This document shows positions 12,588-23,150 of a stretch of 64,000 nt of DNA, one piece after another. The DNA comes from Bispira polyomma (lineage: Eukaryota): NCBI GenBank assembly GCA_965649765.1, contig OZ287750.1, positions 100,006,001-100,070,000 on the forward strand, in the 5' to 3' direction. The notes beneath the pieces are model-generated. The model made no database searches. It saw only the letters and a list, made by a program, of their open reading frames with translations, and was not told the DNA's origin. The position numbers and the translations under genes are program-made. Within the stretch, counting starts at the first letter, position 1. Each line of letters begins with the position of its first letter.

Positions 12588-13337
12588 CTGAAACATACAA
12601 AAGGTACAAAGAAGTTCCTGCCACAGAGTGTTGTTTTATCAACACTTCCCCGCGTGACAGGCCAAAGGGTCAGAGGTCAAGAAGGCAAGATAGTAAGTAA
12701 GCAGAATGCGGTAAAATGTTTTATTGTTAGTCTATGTTAAACTACTACATACAACGTGACTTAAGGTCATGATAATTTGTAACTTTAAGTCATACTAAAT
12801 TGAATGAAAGTAATAATAACATTTTACATAACTTCAAAGAACAAGATAAGGTCACCTTAACACAGTTAAATAAGTGAAATTACAAAGCCCGTAGGGGACT
12901 TATAAATGGAGATGATCTTATAATTTAGACTACAAAAGGGGGCTAAAGATCACCTTAAATACAGGTTAGTATACTAAAATTTTAACCCATAGGGGAATTA
13001 ACGAAATTGAGGTGACCTTAAATGTATAGAAGAAGAGTTAAGTTGTAATTTTTCAGTTAATTACAGATTCTATTACCTTTTAATGAAACAGTTATTTCAT
13101 GAAGTTGAATTACTAGTTGTAGCATACAATTACTAGGAAATAAAATACTACTCTGTGAAGTTAACTTTATAGTTATAACATGAAATGACTAGCAAGTGAA
13201 ATAGTAATTTAAATTCTATATGACACTATACATGACTAGCATGTGACTACATGTAATGCAAAAGTTACATAATTATCTAGAATATGAAATATAGACTAAA
13301 TTTTGAGTAGAAACACCCAAACCCAGCAAGTAGGAAG

Positions 13338-14326
13338 CTAGGAAGAAGAAGTAGCAAGATGATGGCGAAATGTGTCCGATACCTGCTGGCCCGCATCCAC
13401 TGAGTCGGTAACATACCTCCACACGCAATCCGACGTCCAAGTGCCATGTTTTTGGATGTTCTGAATGCTGACGTTATGGTTAAAGGCAAAAGTGGCACCC
13501 GAACGTCGGAAAGCGTGCAGTGTGAGGCCAGAATCCTGCAACTGGAGCCTGGCAAGTATCGTTTTGAAATGCCTGCGGACACGGGTGTCAGTAAGCGGAA
13601 CCCAGTGAGATTTGTCTCTCAATTGAAATAAGGGTGAATTAGGTTCAGACGGAGTAAGAGCCATAATTGCCTGCAGTGACCCCACAGGGCAAAGAGGGGA
13701 ACCCACCAAACGTGGGATAGTAATAAGTCTAATCTGATTATTACTCTGCATTGTTTTGGACCATTTTACCAAAAGGACAGCTTTGTCCCTGTGAAACATA
13801 ACATCAGCCCTTGATAGATGTCTTAAAGCAGAAAACTGAAGACAGGAATGAGGTACTAAGCTGGATAACCTCAGGAAGGAAAAGTAGCTGACCAAATACA
13901 CAGCTGTAAAGATAGGACCCATGTAAGTGGTGTTGGAGACATTGACGATACTAGTCAGAAGAGGTATGTCTATAATCTTTTTGAGCTGAACATTTAAGGG
14001 GGCAGCTAATTGGACAGACTTTTGATAGTAAGCCAAGCGAGGGTCACTGAAGGCATGAATGGGCACATTGTATACAATACTCTTAGCTTTAATAGCAGAT
14101 AAATAATTGGCCATATGGGCAGGTTTTACAGAGTTAAAGTGTAACAATTCTAAAAAAACAAGAAGATCAATAGCTGTCACCTGGTCACAAGGCAGATCCG
14201 AGAAGGATGCATAAGCTTGGTACACCCTATACATAGCAGTATAAGATCTGTCTGTAGACCTGCAGAAGGCCAGGTGAAGCTTCTTCGTTGCATTTAGATA
14301 TAATAACTGCTGCAGGGGAGTTCTAG
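13338..14326 (-). CDS. Tyrosine recombinase (predicted to start at a splice acceptor)
   Basis: Catalytic residues present: FLRLSSL (R), KWSKT (K), HAFRR (H-x-x-R), HGTW (W), VWRY (Y); acceptor tgtgttatag|CT at 14327. Confidence 0.93.
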
Positions 14327-14408
14327 CTATAACACAAACACAAAGCAGACAAAGTAACATTTGTAAAGGTTGATCAACATAATACCATGCAACCAGACAA
14401 AGCAATAT

Positions 14409-16949
14409 CTAAATGTGGTGATTAAGCAGTAAGTGGTCCTCTGTCACGGCACACCATTGGACATTGCCCACCAGCTCCTGTAAGAGAACATTATCCTTAA
14501 TTGAATTTGTCCAGCGCGACAAGAGGTCAGCAGTGGTATTGTCATTTCCTAGAATATGAACCACCTGTATCTCTACATCGAGCTGGCTAGCCAGCATGAA
14601 TATGTTCCGTGAGTACAGGGCTAATTCGCTATCTCTAGTTCTACCATGAGTAAGGACACTTACAACCGCCTGGTTATCACATTTAATTAACAGTGTACGT
14701 CCTTGCCAGTATTTGCCCCACAATTTCAAAGCCACATGAATGTTAAGCATCTCCAATGAAGCAATATTATGTTTCTGCATAGCAGCAGGAATGGGAAGGT
14801 AATATACTTGTTTGCCATACACTCCTCCCATGCCTGTTAGGCAGGCATCCAACTCTACAATGTCAGTAATGGGGGCATGATGAAAAAATGTCACCCCATT
14901 GTGTTTATGGAGAAACTCGATGAACCAGTTAAGGTCCTTTTTGAACTCAGGGTTAATTTCCATACTTCTTTTGTGGTGATTGCTTCGGAGGAGTTGCAAC
15001 ATCCGAATCAGAAAAAATCGTGAGTACTTCACGCATTTAGAAATATATAGCAAAGAACCCAATAAACATTGGAGCTCCCGCTTAGTACACTGCTTTTTAT
15101 CACTCCAATTGCCACATATTTTTTGAACCTGAGCTAGTTTGTCCTCTGGTATCGATGTAGTGAACCGAACTGTATCTATAACTATGCCTAGGCAGGTTAC
15201 CCGGGTGGCTGGAGGAACCAGCTTCTTTTTGCTGAGAGTCAAACCTAACTCGGCCAAAAGGGCCTGCAGTCGGTGGTACGTTTTATAGATTTTTGAGGGA
15301 ACAGAAGAACATAACAGATCGTCTATATAGTTGGTGATTTGATGACCTTCACCTTCCATTATATACCTTATACCGTCAGAAATTCTCTGAAAAATCACTG
15401 AACCGTGTCGGTAGCCAAAGGGCAACGAGCCGTCGACATAGTAGCCGTCCCAGTATAAGCCCAGGCGATTGATGTCTCTGGGGTCTATGGTCACGTGACG
15501 GAATGCGCGACTAATGTCCGCTTTAAATAGCAAGGAGCCCCTACCGTTTTGCAACACTTGTTGGGTTATGTCATCTATGGAAGGGTAAGTAAGTACAAAT
15601 TCCTTGTCCAGATACAAACTCGATGACACGGCTGCATTAACCGAATGACCGATGGGCCAACTCAGATCGATTATGACTCGTCGGTTAACCGAGCTTGATT
15701 TGTCTCTAGTCATAAATGGGGATGTGTGCACATCATCAATTGGGGGATGGACGAAAGGTCCATACATAGCACCCATAGAACATTCTTCTTTCAGGTAATG
15801 GTTCACATGTTCAGGATAGTGATTGGCTGAAGCATGATTGTTCAAGTCAGACTTGAACTCGTGTTGTTCATTACAGTCAAGAGGAAATCTGAATTTTATC
15901 AGTAAGGGGAGTTCCCAATCCCAATAATTCGCTAAGTACTTTTCCCAGGCAGGGACCGTCAGTTGGGTGTGTATGGGGACTTGTAAACCCTTATAATTTG
16001 GTCTCCCATCCAATTTAAGGGACTTATGTAGTGTAAACACGTCTGTGATCAATTGGTTATTGGAACAATCAATCACTGGGGTACCCCAGGAACTAGTTGG
16101 TATGAACCCATATTTTCCACTATTCTGTATATCCCACAACTTGTAGGTCACATTATCTTTAGCTGCATTTAAGCGCTGTCTTTTATCAAGGCCTCCTGAG
16201 AGGTCCAGTACATACTTGTCATCACACGGGTTAGATCTCTTGTTAGGTGGTGGATTAGGTGTGAAATCGACCTTACATAACGTGTCACTCGAGTCAGGAA
16301 GTTCTACACCAGGAATGTCTAAACAACTAAACCGGTTATGAATGGGAAGGCGAAACCCACTATTGTTAGCATTACTTGGAGTGGTACCCGCGCCAATTGT
16401 TTTCACACTCGGAGAAACCAGAACTTTAGGGCACCCTTCGCCATCCCTTAGTTCAATTTTTTTGGACACAATTGGTTTGTTTTGTAACATACGGTTTGCA
16501 TTGTTACCGACCCGCCTATTCAAGGATGTTTTCACACCACCCAAAGGTGTTTTTCTTAACACCTCTTGGTGATTTGTTTTCTCACGTCGCCTGTCAGCTG
16601 GTGTATTTAACACCTTCACGGGTAAATGCTTTCTTCCCGACACCTTGTGCAATGATGAATTATGGAACACGAGTTTGCTACCTTGGGGAGTTTTATTAAC
16701 AGAAACAGTGTTAACTTTTCCCATTTCCCGGTTTCCACAAATCTTGGTATCAGTAACCACAAGGCCCTGTTTCAACACGTCCCGGTATGACCTGTTAACT
16801 CGGGGTCCAGTACACACATTATATTTACAACACACATGATCAAACAGTTTAAAATCCCTAAAAGTAGAATTATATACAACTCTAGAGCAGGTTTTATGTA
16901 CAAGTTTCTTAGCAGCCACTGCAATACTGCAGTGGCCCCTTAGTTTTTT
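14409..16949 (-). CDS. Pol: DIRS-type reverse transcriptase plus RNase H (probably reached by -1 frameshift)
   Basis: RRVIIDLS, KADISRAF, LPFG, NYIDD; RNase H LDACL, LEML, CDNQA, ADLLSR; overlaps the gag end in the -1 frame. Confidence 0.95.
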   Translation of the reverse strand, partial: KKLRGHCSIAVAAKKLVHKTCSRVVYNSTFRDFKLFDHVCCKYNVCTGPRVNRSYRDVLKQGLVVTDTKICGNREMGKVNTVSVNKTPQGSKLVFHNSSLHKVSGRKHLPVKVLNTPADRRREKTNHQEVLRKTPLGGVKTSLNRRVGNNANRMLQNKPIVSKKIELRDGEGCPKVLVSPSVKTIGAGTTPSNANNSGFRLPIHNRFSCLDIPGVELPDSSDTLCKVDFTPNPPPNKRSNPCDDKYVLDLSGGLDKRQRLNAAKDNVTYKLWDIQNSGKYGFIPTSSWGTPVIDCSNNQLITDVFTLHKSLKLDGRPNYKGLQVPIHTQLTVPAWEKYLANYWDWELPLLIKFRFPLDCNEQHEFKSDLNNHASANHYPEHVNHYLKEECSMGAMYGPFVHPPIDDVHTSPFMTRDKSSSVNRRVIIDLSWPIGHSVNAAVSSSLYLDKEFVLTYPSIDDITQQVLQNGRGSLLFKADISRAFRHVTIDPRDINRLGLYWDGYYVDGSLPFGYRHGSVIFQRISDGIRYIMEGEGHQITNYIDDLLCSSVPSKIYKTYHRLQALLAELGLTLSKKKLVPPATRVTCLGIVIDTVRFTTSIPEDKLAQVQKICGNWSDKKQCTKRELQCLLGSLLYISKCVKYSRFFLIRMLQLLRSNHHKRSMEINPEFKKDLNWFIEFLHKHNGVTFFHHAPITDIVELDACLTGMGGVYGKQVYYLPIPAAMQKHNIASLEMLNIHVALKLWGKYWQGRTLLIKCDNQAVVSVLTHGRTRDSELALYSRNIFMLASQLDVEIQVVHILGNDNTTADLLSRWTNSIKDNVLLQELVGNVQWCAVTEDHLLLNHHI
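16915..16949 (-). promoter_or_regulatory. -1 programmed ribosomal frameshift cassette (gag to pol)
   Basis: In-phase A AAA AAC, 6-nt spacer, 9-bp stem GCCACTGCA-GTAT-TGCAGTGGC; homolog at 20547-20582. Confidence 0.82.
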
Positions 16950-17935
16950 GACACTGAATTTTTGGAGCACAACTTGGTTTGATGCGTGCCACCACAGCTC
17001 TCACAGCAGTGTTTGAACCACTGTCCAGAAGTGCGATGGCTGGCATCAAATTTGCACGTTCCTTCTTGGAAGAACCGACAATTTATTCCAGCTGTTTTCA
17101 CCGAGGTTTTACCCCTACTGCCAACATTGCTCTTAGAAAGGCCAGACCCACTAGCTGAGGACGTTACATGACGCTGTGCATGAGCGCGCCTTACCCGGTC
17201 GACCTTTTCGACATCCGTCCAATTCAATCGGTCCATTTCCATGTTGGTTAACAAAATGGCGTGAGCGGCTTTGGCGGCGTCCCACGAAAAATTGTGGGCG
17301 TCATCCATCAGACATGCCAGATATTCCAACATGGCCTCGCGGACAGAGGACTCTTTTTGCTCTTGCGTACAGCGAACAAAACCGGAGACGAATTGGACCA
17401 AAGTAAGGTCATCATAAGTGGGTCTAACCTTTTTTACACCAGATAAGACAAAATTTTTTGGCCAATCAACATGACGTTTAACGGGAGCTTCCGCGCCACC
17501 TCTTTGGGATTTCAGTTTACCTCTCGTTAAAGCATTGAGTTGTTGCAGTTGCAGCAAGCGCTGGTCTACCTGACTCTGTAAGCCGGAATTTGAACGCAGG
17601 TAATCTAGGGAAGGCACAACGGCCTCAACCACTGGTTCACTAACACTAGGGACATTAGATACAGATTTAGAAACTGTGTTACATGCCTGTGCGCTGGGTT
17701 TACACAGCGCCGCCTCAGTAGCTTGTACTCGTTGATCCATGCTGTCCATCTTTTCATTCATCACGACCAGTTGTTGAAGTATCAAACTAGATACGGAATC
17801 AGAAACAGCAGGCACAGCAGGATCAACGGCAGCCACCTCATCAGCGACGCTGTCCAACGGATTAAATTTACATTTCTTCCCAACTGGACGTTCGTGCCGA
17901 CCAGAACATACACTACACGGGTATTCTTTAGGCAT
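16940..17935 (-). CDS. Gag-like ORF1 (331 aa) with N-terminal CCHC and C-terminal Cys/His zinc fingers
   Basis: CSVCSGRH..C at the N-terminus, coiled-coil-like segment, CRFFQEGTC..H..HCCESCGGTH..C at the C-terminus; directly upstream of pol. Confidence 0.9.
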   Translation of the reverse strand: MPKEYPCSVCSGRHERPVGKKCKFNPLDSVADEVAAVDPAVPAVSDSVSSLILQQLVVMNEKMDSMDQRVQATEAALCKPSAQACNTVSKSVSNVPSVSEPVVEAVVPSLDYLRSNSGLQSQVDQRLLQLQQLNALTRGKLKSQRGGAEAPVKRHVDWPKNFVLSGVKKVRPTYDDLTLVQFVSGFVRCTQEQKESSVREAMLEYLACLMDDAHNFSWDAAKAAHAILLTNMEMDRLNWTDVEKVDRVRRAHAQRHVTSSASGSGLSKSNVGSRGKTSVKTAGINCRFFQEGTCKFDASHRTSGQWFKHCCESCGGTHQTKLCSKNSVSKN

Positions 17936-18042
17936 GACTACACATTCAATTAAAAATGTAAAACAATATCTGGGTAGTAAAAGCCCGGGGTAGTAAAAGC
18001 CCCAATTGTAAAAACACTTGTATCTATGAACTGTTTTTAACT

Positions 18043-18077
18043 AATGATGGCGCCTGTTGGCGGCAATCCCTTTTATA
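18043..18077 (-). promoter_or_regulatory. Putative TATA box plus initiator of the intact YR element
   Basis: TATAAAA at 18077-18071; TCATT Inr-like motif with A about 32 nt downstream; about 110 nt before the gag ATG. Confidence 0.55.
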
Positions 18078-18166
18078 CTCGCCCCCGTGACCCCAAGTGG
18101 CCTAATTGGCCCCCCAGTGACCTGCCACCAGAACTGAGGGGGGCTGTCGCATGGGCGTCAGCCCAC

Positions 18167-20582
18167 CAGTATCAAATGCTGGTCAGTCACTGAGCACCAT
18201 TGGACTGGACCAGAATATTTAACTAAATATAATCCTGTGGTATTTCTCTCCATCTGGACAACAGGTCAGCAGTGGTGTTGTGATCACCTAGGATATGTAT
18301 GACCTGCAATTCTACATCATGATGGCTGGCCAACATAAAAATATGTCTTGACTACAAAGCTAACATACTAGTCTCTAATGCAACCATGTGTAAGGACAGT
18401 AACTACGGCCTGGTTGTCACATTTGATGAGCACTTTGTGACCAAGCCACAATGCACCCCACAATTTTAATGCTACAAATATTTTTAATTTCCCTAAGCAA
18501 GCAATATTCTGATTCTGTAGTTCAACTGGAATATTCATAGTGTAAACCTTCTGACCAACACCCCCCCCCCCCCCCCCCCCATGACAGAGATCTAACTCGA
18601 CTGTTACATTAATGGGGTTATGGTGGAAAAGGGAGACACCATTAAATAATTTAAGGAAAGTGCGAAACCAACTCTTTTGAAAACTCCTTGGAGATTGTAA
18701 AGGTTTTTGCCTTGTAATTACTTCTGAGTAGATGTAACATATGATTCTTTTTGAATCGCATGTTACATCTACGTATTTGACACATTTTAAAACGCAGAGA
18801 AGGGAGCCCAGTACACACTGGAGTTCCCTTTTCGTACAATACTTTTTACCAGCCCACTTGTCACACAAGGCTTGGATATTAATAACAATACCAAGGCAAG
18901 TAACTTTGGTGGCAGGAGGGACCAATTTCTTGTCACTTGAGGTCAAACCTAACTCAGCCAATAAGGCTTGTAACCATTGGTATGTTGAGTATATTTTTGA
19001 GGGAACCGAGGAACAAAGGAGGTCATCTATATAATTCATTATATGGTAACCTTCACCTTGCATAATGTACCTGACGCCATCAGAAATTCTTTGAAATATG
19101 GCCGAGCCATATCTATAGCCAAATGGGAGAGAACTGTCTACATAGTAAGCTCCCCAATACAGGCCTTGTAAATTGAGTTCTCTGGGGTTCATAGGCACAT
19201 GTCTGAAGGCTGATGTCTGCTTTAAATATCAGAGAACCCCTTTCCCATAGCAATTACCTGAGAGTTTATGGTGTCAATGGAAGGGTAAGTTATAAAAAAC
19301 TCTCTATTTAGATACGAAGTAGGGCAGACGGCTGCATTTACAGAATGACTTTCTGGTCAACTGAGGTCAATTATGACATGGCGATTGGCAGAACTTGATT
19401 TATCGCGAGTCATAAATGGGGAAGTGTGTAAATTTAAAATTGGTGGAGTAACATGCTCTGGGTACTGATTGGCAGAAGCGTGATTCTCTAGTGCCGACTT
19501 GAATTCATGTTGTTCAGTACAATCAAGGGGAAACCCAAATTTTTTTAAGCAATGGGAGTTCCCAGTCCCAGTAGTTTCTCAAGTAATTAGCCCATACAGA
19601 AGCTTTCAGCTGAAAAATGACAGGGACCTGGAGACCCGTGTAGTTTGGACGGCTATCCTTTCACAAGTGCTAATGGAGTACAAACACATTCATAGAATTT
19701 TGTTTCCGGGAATTATCTGAGATTTTTTGCCCCCCCCCGATGAGAGTGGAATAAATCCAAATTTCAAACTATTTTGGACGTCCCATAACTTGAAAGTATC
19801 ACACTCCTTTGCAACGTTAAGTCTTTTATGCTTATCACGCAACCTGCACATATCCAGAGCATTTATCATCCGATGAGTCAGTAATGTTATTGCTCAAGTC
19901 GTTTCTAGAAACTGACATTTTGTTGACGTTTTTATTTATACTCTTTTCATTCGACACGACCACACAGGAGGGGACCTTTATACAATCAATTAAGTTTGAA
20001 CTGTTCTCTCCCTCCCCACAATGTGTGTATAACACACCAAACCTTTTTTTTCGAGAGTGTCAATTGAAAATCATTGTTGGCACCCCTCATGTCAACCCCT
20101 TTCTGTTTGAATAATGGTTTGTTAACACCAAGGTCTTTTTTGGCGCGTCAAGCCCCTTGGACACCTCTGTTGACTTAACTGTGACACCCCATTCACACCT
20201 GTGTACAGGAGTGTGACTGTGGTTATTTAACCAGTTAGCATTACCAGAACAATGCATGGGATCAATTTTACTCTTAAGTGGTTTCTTGTCAAAAACAATA
20301 CCCCTTTGGTAAACCTACAATTTCTATTTTTGACAGATTCTTTTGCCAACACACACCTGTCAATTTTGCCCACAGCAGTATTACTTCTCGGGTTTTTTTT
20401 TTCATAACCTGATCCCCGACAAGCACATCTTTATATGATCTATGTACAATTTGGTTAGTACAAGAATACTTTTTAAAAGACATATTAGACAATAATTTAA
20501 AATCCTTGAAATATGAATTGTACACAATTCTACTATACACTGACATGCCCACTGCATTACTGCAGTGGGCCTTCAGTTTTTT
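18167..20582 (-). pseudogene. Degenerate DIRS-type RT/RNase H
   Basis: LPFGYRYGSAIFQRISD, NYIDD, CDNQAVV, ADLLSRW; several frameshifts. Confidence 0.92.
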
Positions 20583-21598
20583 AACCTTTTTTGAACACAA
20601 TTTTGTTTGATGTTTGCCATCACAAGTCTCACAACAATGTTTAAAGAGTTGCCCATCATCCATCAGGAGGTTCGGTGAGAGGCATTAAATTTGCAAGTGC
20701 ACTCCTGAAAAAATCGACATATGACACCTTGAGCTTTATTCTGAACCTTTGCTTTTCTACTAGAGCCAGATTTGTTATTAGCACCACTGTTGGCACCACC
20801 CGATATGTGACGTTGGGCATGAGCCCGGCTTATCCAAATGACCTTGTCTACATCGGTCCATTTAAGGCGATCCAGCTTCATATTAGTCAACAATATAGCA
20901 TGAGAAGCTTTAGCGGCTGCCCCAGAAAAATCCGTGGGTGTCATCCATAAGGTTGAATAAATATTCAAGCATGGCTTCCTTAATCTCAGAGGACTTTCGT
21001 TCTTGCACACATCTTATAAAGTCCGAAGTAAACTCAACCAGAGTTAAATCATCATAGGTTGGCCGAACCTTTTTGGCACCCGATAATTCAAAATTCTGAG
21101 GCCAGTCAACTGCCTTTTTAATGGGGGTATTGGTGCCACCCCGTTGGGATTTCAGTTTACCTGCTCCCGTTAACTGGTTGAGTCACTGTAGCTGCAGTAA
21201 ACATTAGTCAACCTGAGTTTGCAAGTTTTCATTCGACCGCAAAAATGTAAAGCGTGGACCACCGCCTCAACCCCTGGTTGAACTGCACTGGGAGTGACTA
21301 CATTTGATGTGACATTAACACTGCTATTAGGTAAAATGCTACCTGCCTTACTGGTGCTTGGTGGGCACAGCGCCCCCTCCGTGACCTTCATACGTTGATC
21401 CATGCTGTCCATTTTTTTATTCAGCGACTGAAATTGTTGTAAAATTAAATCAGATGTCGAGTTTGACTCACCAGCAATACAAATAACCGTGGTCACATCA
21501 TCAGCGATGCTGGCCTCTATAAATCGACACTTTTTGCTCACAGGCTGTTCATGTTTTCCCAAACAAGCATTGCACTGGTACTCTGATTTAGGAGTCAT
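20573..21598 (-). pseudogene. Degenerate gag of the older YR element
   Basis: MTPKSEYQCNACLGKH; GKLKSQRGG; CRFFQECTC; HCCETCDGKH. Confidence 0.9.
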
Positions 21599-22016
21599 AA
21601 TTAGTAATAAATAAAACAAGTTTTAAAACAGTAAAAGGGTACTTAAAGCACCAATCGTAAAAAGCACTGTCGTTGTTATATTTTTCCTTTGGTTTAATGA
21701 ATGTTAATTTTGTCTTTTGGTTGAATCATTTACATTATGTTATTGTTATTTTTGCAATTGGCATGTTAATTAATTACTGGTTGTAACAGTAGCTATTACT
21801 TTAGGATGAAACCCGTATATTGCCTGAGGACGTTCATACCTCTGCTGAAATAAGCAATAAAGCTCTTCCCTAGAATTTATTAAGATTTATTAACTGGTAA
21901 AATCTCTGTATATTTATAATCATGGTTTAAGTAGAGTGGAAATTATGAATCTATTTTTACTCTGTAATTAGATACTCTTCTGTTTATAATTGTTCCATAC
22001 AAGAAAATGTTGCCTG

Positions 22017-22142
22017 GGACAGTATTCACAAGAGTCACTGGGAGTAATACCTAAATCTTCAACCATTTTAGCCATAATTGAAGACCAAAATCAGAGAAGC
22101 TTAAGACTGAGTTAGGACAAAGACCTTTTGTTAATATGGTCC
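22017..22142. mobile_element. Small MITE, Harbinger-like (CWG target)
   Basis: TIR GGACAGTATTCACAA / GGACCATATTAACAA (12 of 15 match), CTG on both sides. Confidence 0.55.
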
Positions 22143-23007
22143 CTGGTTTTGAATAAAAGAGTTCCTGTCTTGACAGTTTATAAACAACTGACCTGATAAG
22201 GTAAGTAATATACAGTCAGACCCCTTAACCTGGAAAAAAAATTAGTAGTGCCACAAAAGTTTTCTCTTTTAAATGTCTAGCCAGTAAAGTGGAAATCCTG
22301 CTTGTGGTTTGACTTAAAGGGTTTAACTGTTGTAATTACCTACACTTGTGTCCTTTATAGGTTGTCATGTATCTTGTCTAATTTCTTCATATTTGCTTTT
22401 TAACTTTTTTTTGTATATTTCATATGGGAGAGTTTGTGTTTTTGCTACTTTTATAATTATGTGACAAAAAAAAAGTTTTCTGAAAAAAGTTTTTTTTTTA
22501 GCTAAAATGCTAGAAAAAGCACAAAAACGGTGATAATTTTAGAAAAACCTTAAAGTTACACTCTTCTGAACAGAAAGATGTTTGTGTTCTTTCGTTTTTA
22601 TGAAAAAAGGAAAGATTTTGAAAAATGTAAATCATTAGAAATAATATACATGTTTTTATGTATATAATAACATATATAATGTCTACATATGTGTTTAACC
22701 AATACTCGTATTGTATCACAATAGACGGAGTTCTCTGCGAGAATTGCTTACAAATATGACGTTCTACCAGAGATTTCAAATTGTGTGACGTCACAATACA
22801 AGGATGTTTCTAGCATGACACGGCTGTGTCCGCGATTCTGATTGGCCGACAGCCTCGGAAAAAATAACCGTATACCCATAAACAGAAATAGACTAATTTT
22901 GTCAGTAGGGTACTAGATGCCCAGTAAATATAGTTCCTTTAAAAACACAATTATGCAGTAAAAAAAGCTGGAATCAGGTAATAATTTTAATTTGTCATGT
23001 TGGAATT

Positions 23008-23150
23008 GGAATAACCAATTCCAAAGCTCAGTATACGGCAATTTTTACTACTCTTGTAGACGCAGACACACTCAGGCTTCGCCTTCGTGTTAATACGCCT
23101 CCAATCGTGGTAAAAATTACCTTATACCAAGCTTTGTCATTGGTTGTTCC
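23008..23150. repeat. 143-bp imperfect palindrome, possibly a non-autonomous Crypton-like terminus
   Basis: Ungapped 69-nt arms, 51 of 69 complementary, around GG-CTTCG-CC; TCTGATTGG motif upstream at about 22837. Confidence 0.7.

Larger units (their letters stand above)
12641..18166 (-). mobile_element. Intact Ngaro-like YR retrotransposon (gag, RT/RNase H, YR)
   Basis: Three uninterrupted ORFs; no methyltransferase after RNase H; YR does not overlap pol; TATA upstream; termini approximate. Confidence 0.92.
11296..21675 (-). mobile_element. Older degenerate Ngaro-like YR retrotransposon, split by a nested younger copy (gag and pol at 21598-18167; YR and 3' end at 12640-11296)
   Basis: pol stops at HLIL next to 18167; the orphan YR and 3' UTR lie on the other side of the intact element; 5' UTR and 3' end are homologous to the intact copy. 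Confidence 0.75.

Noticed and set aside
11409-13020. Repeated palindromes with unique spacers as a CRISPR array
   Set aside because: Repeats are only 13 bp with irregular spacing, there are no cas genes, and the context is a eukaryotic retrotransposon 3' region
13338-14405. Phage integrase or prophage; also the 355-aa TTG-start ORF
   Set aside because: Linked to gag and DIRS-type RT/RNase H; the hydrophobic first 26 or so residues are a translated polypyrimidine tract, not a signal peptide
16342-17953. Short plus-strand ORFs antisense to gag and pol
   Set aside because: No motifs and not conserved in the older copy
18561-18580. Poly-C run (and poly-G run at about 25917-25941) giving poly-Gly/Pro ORFs or G-quadruplexes
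   Set aside because: Homopolymer expansions in dead copies; absent from the intact element
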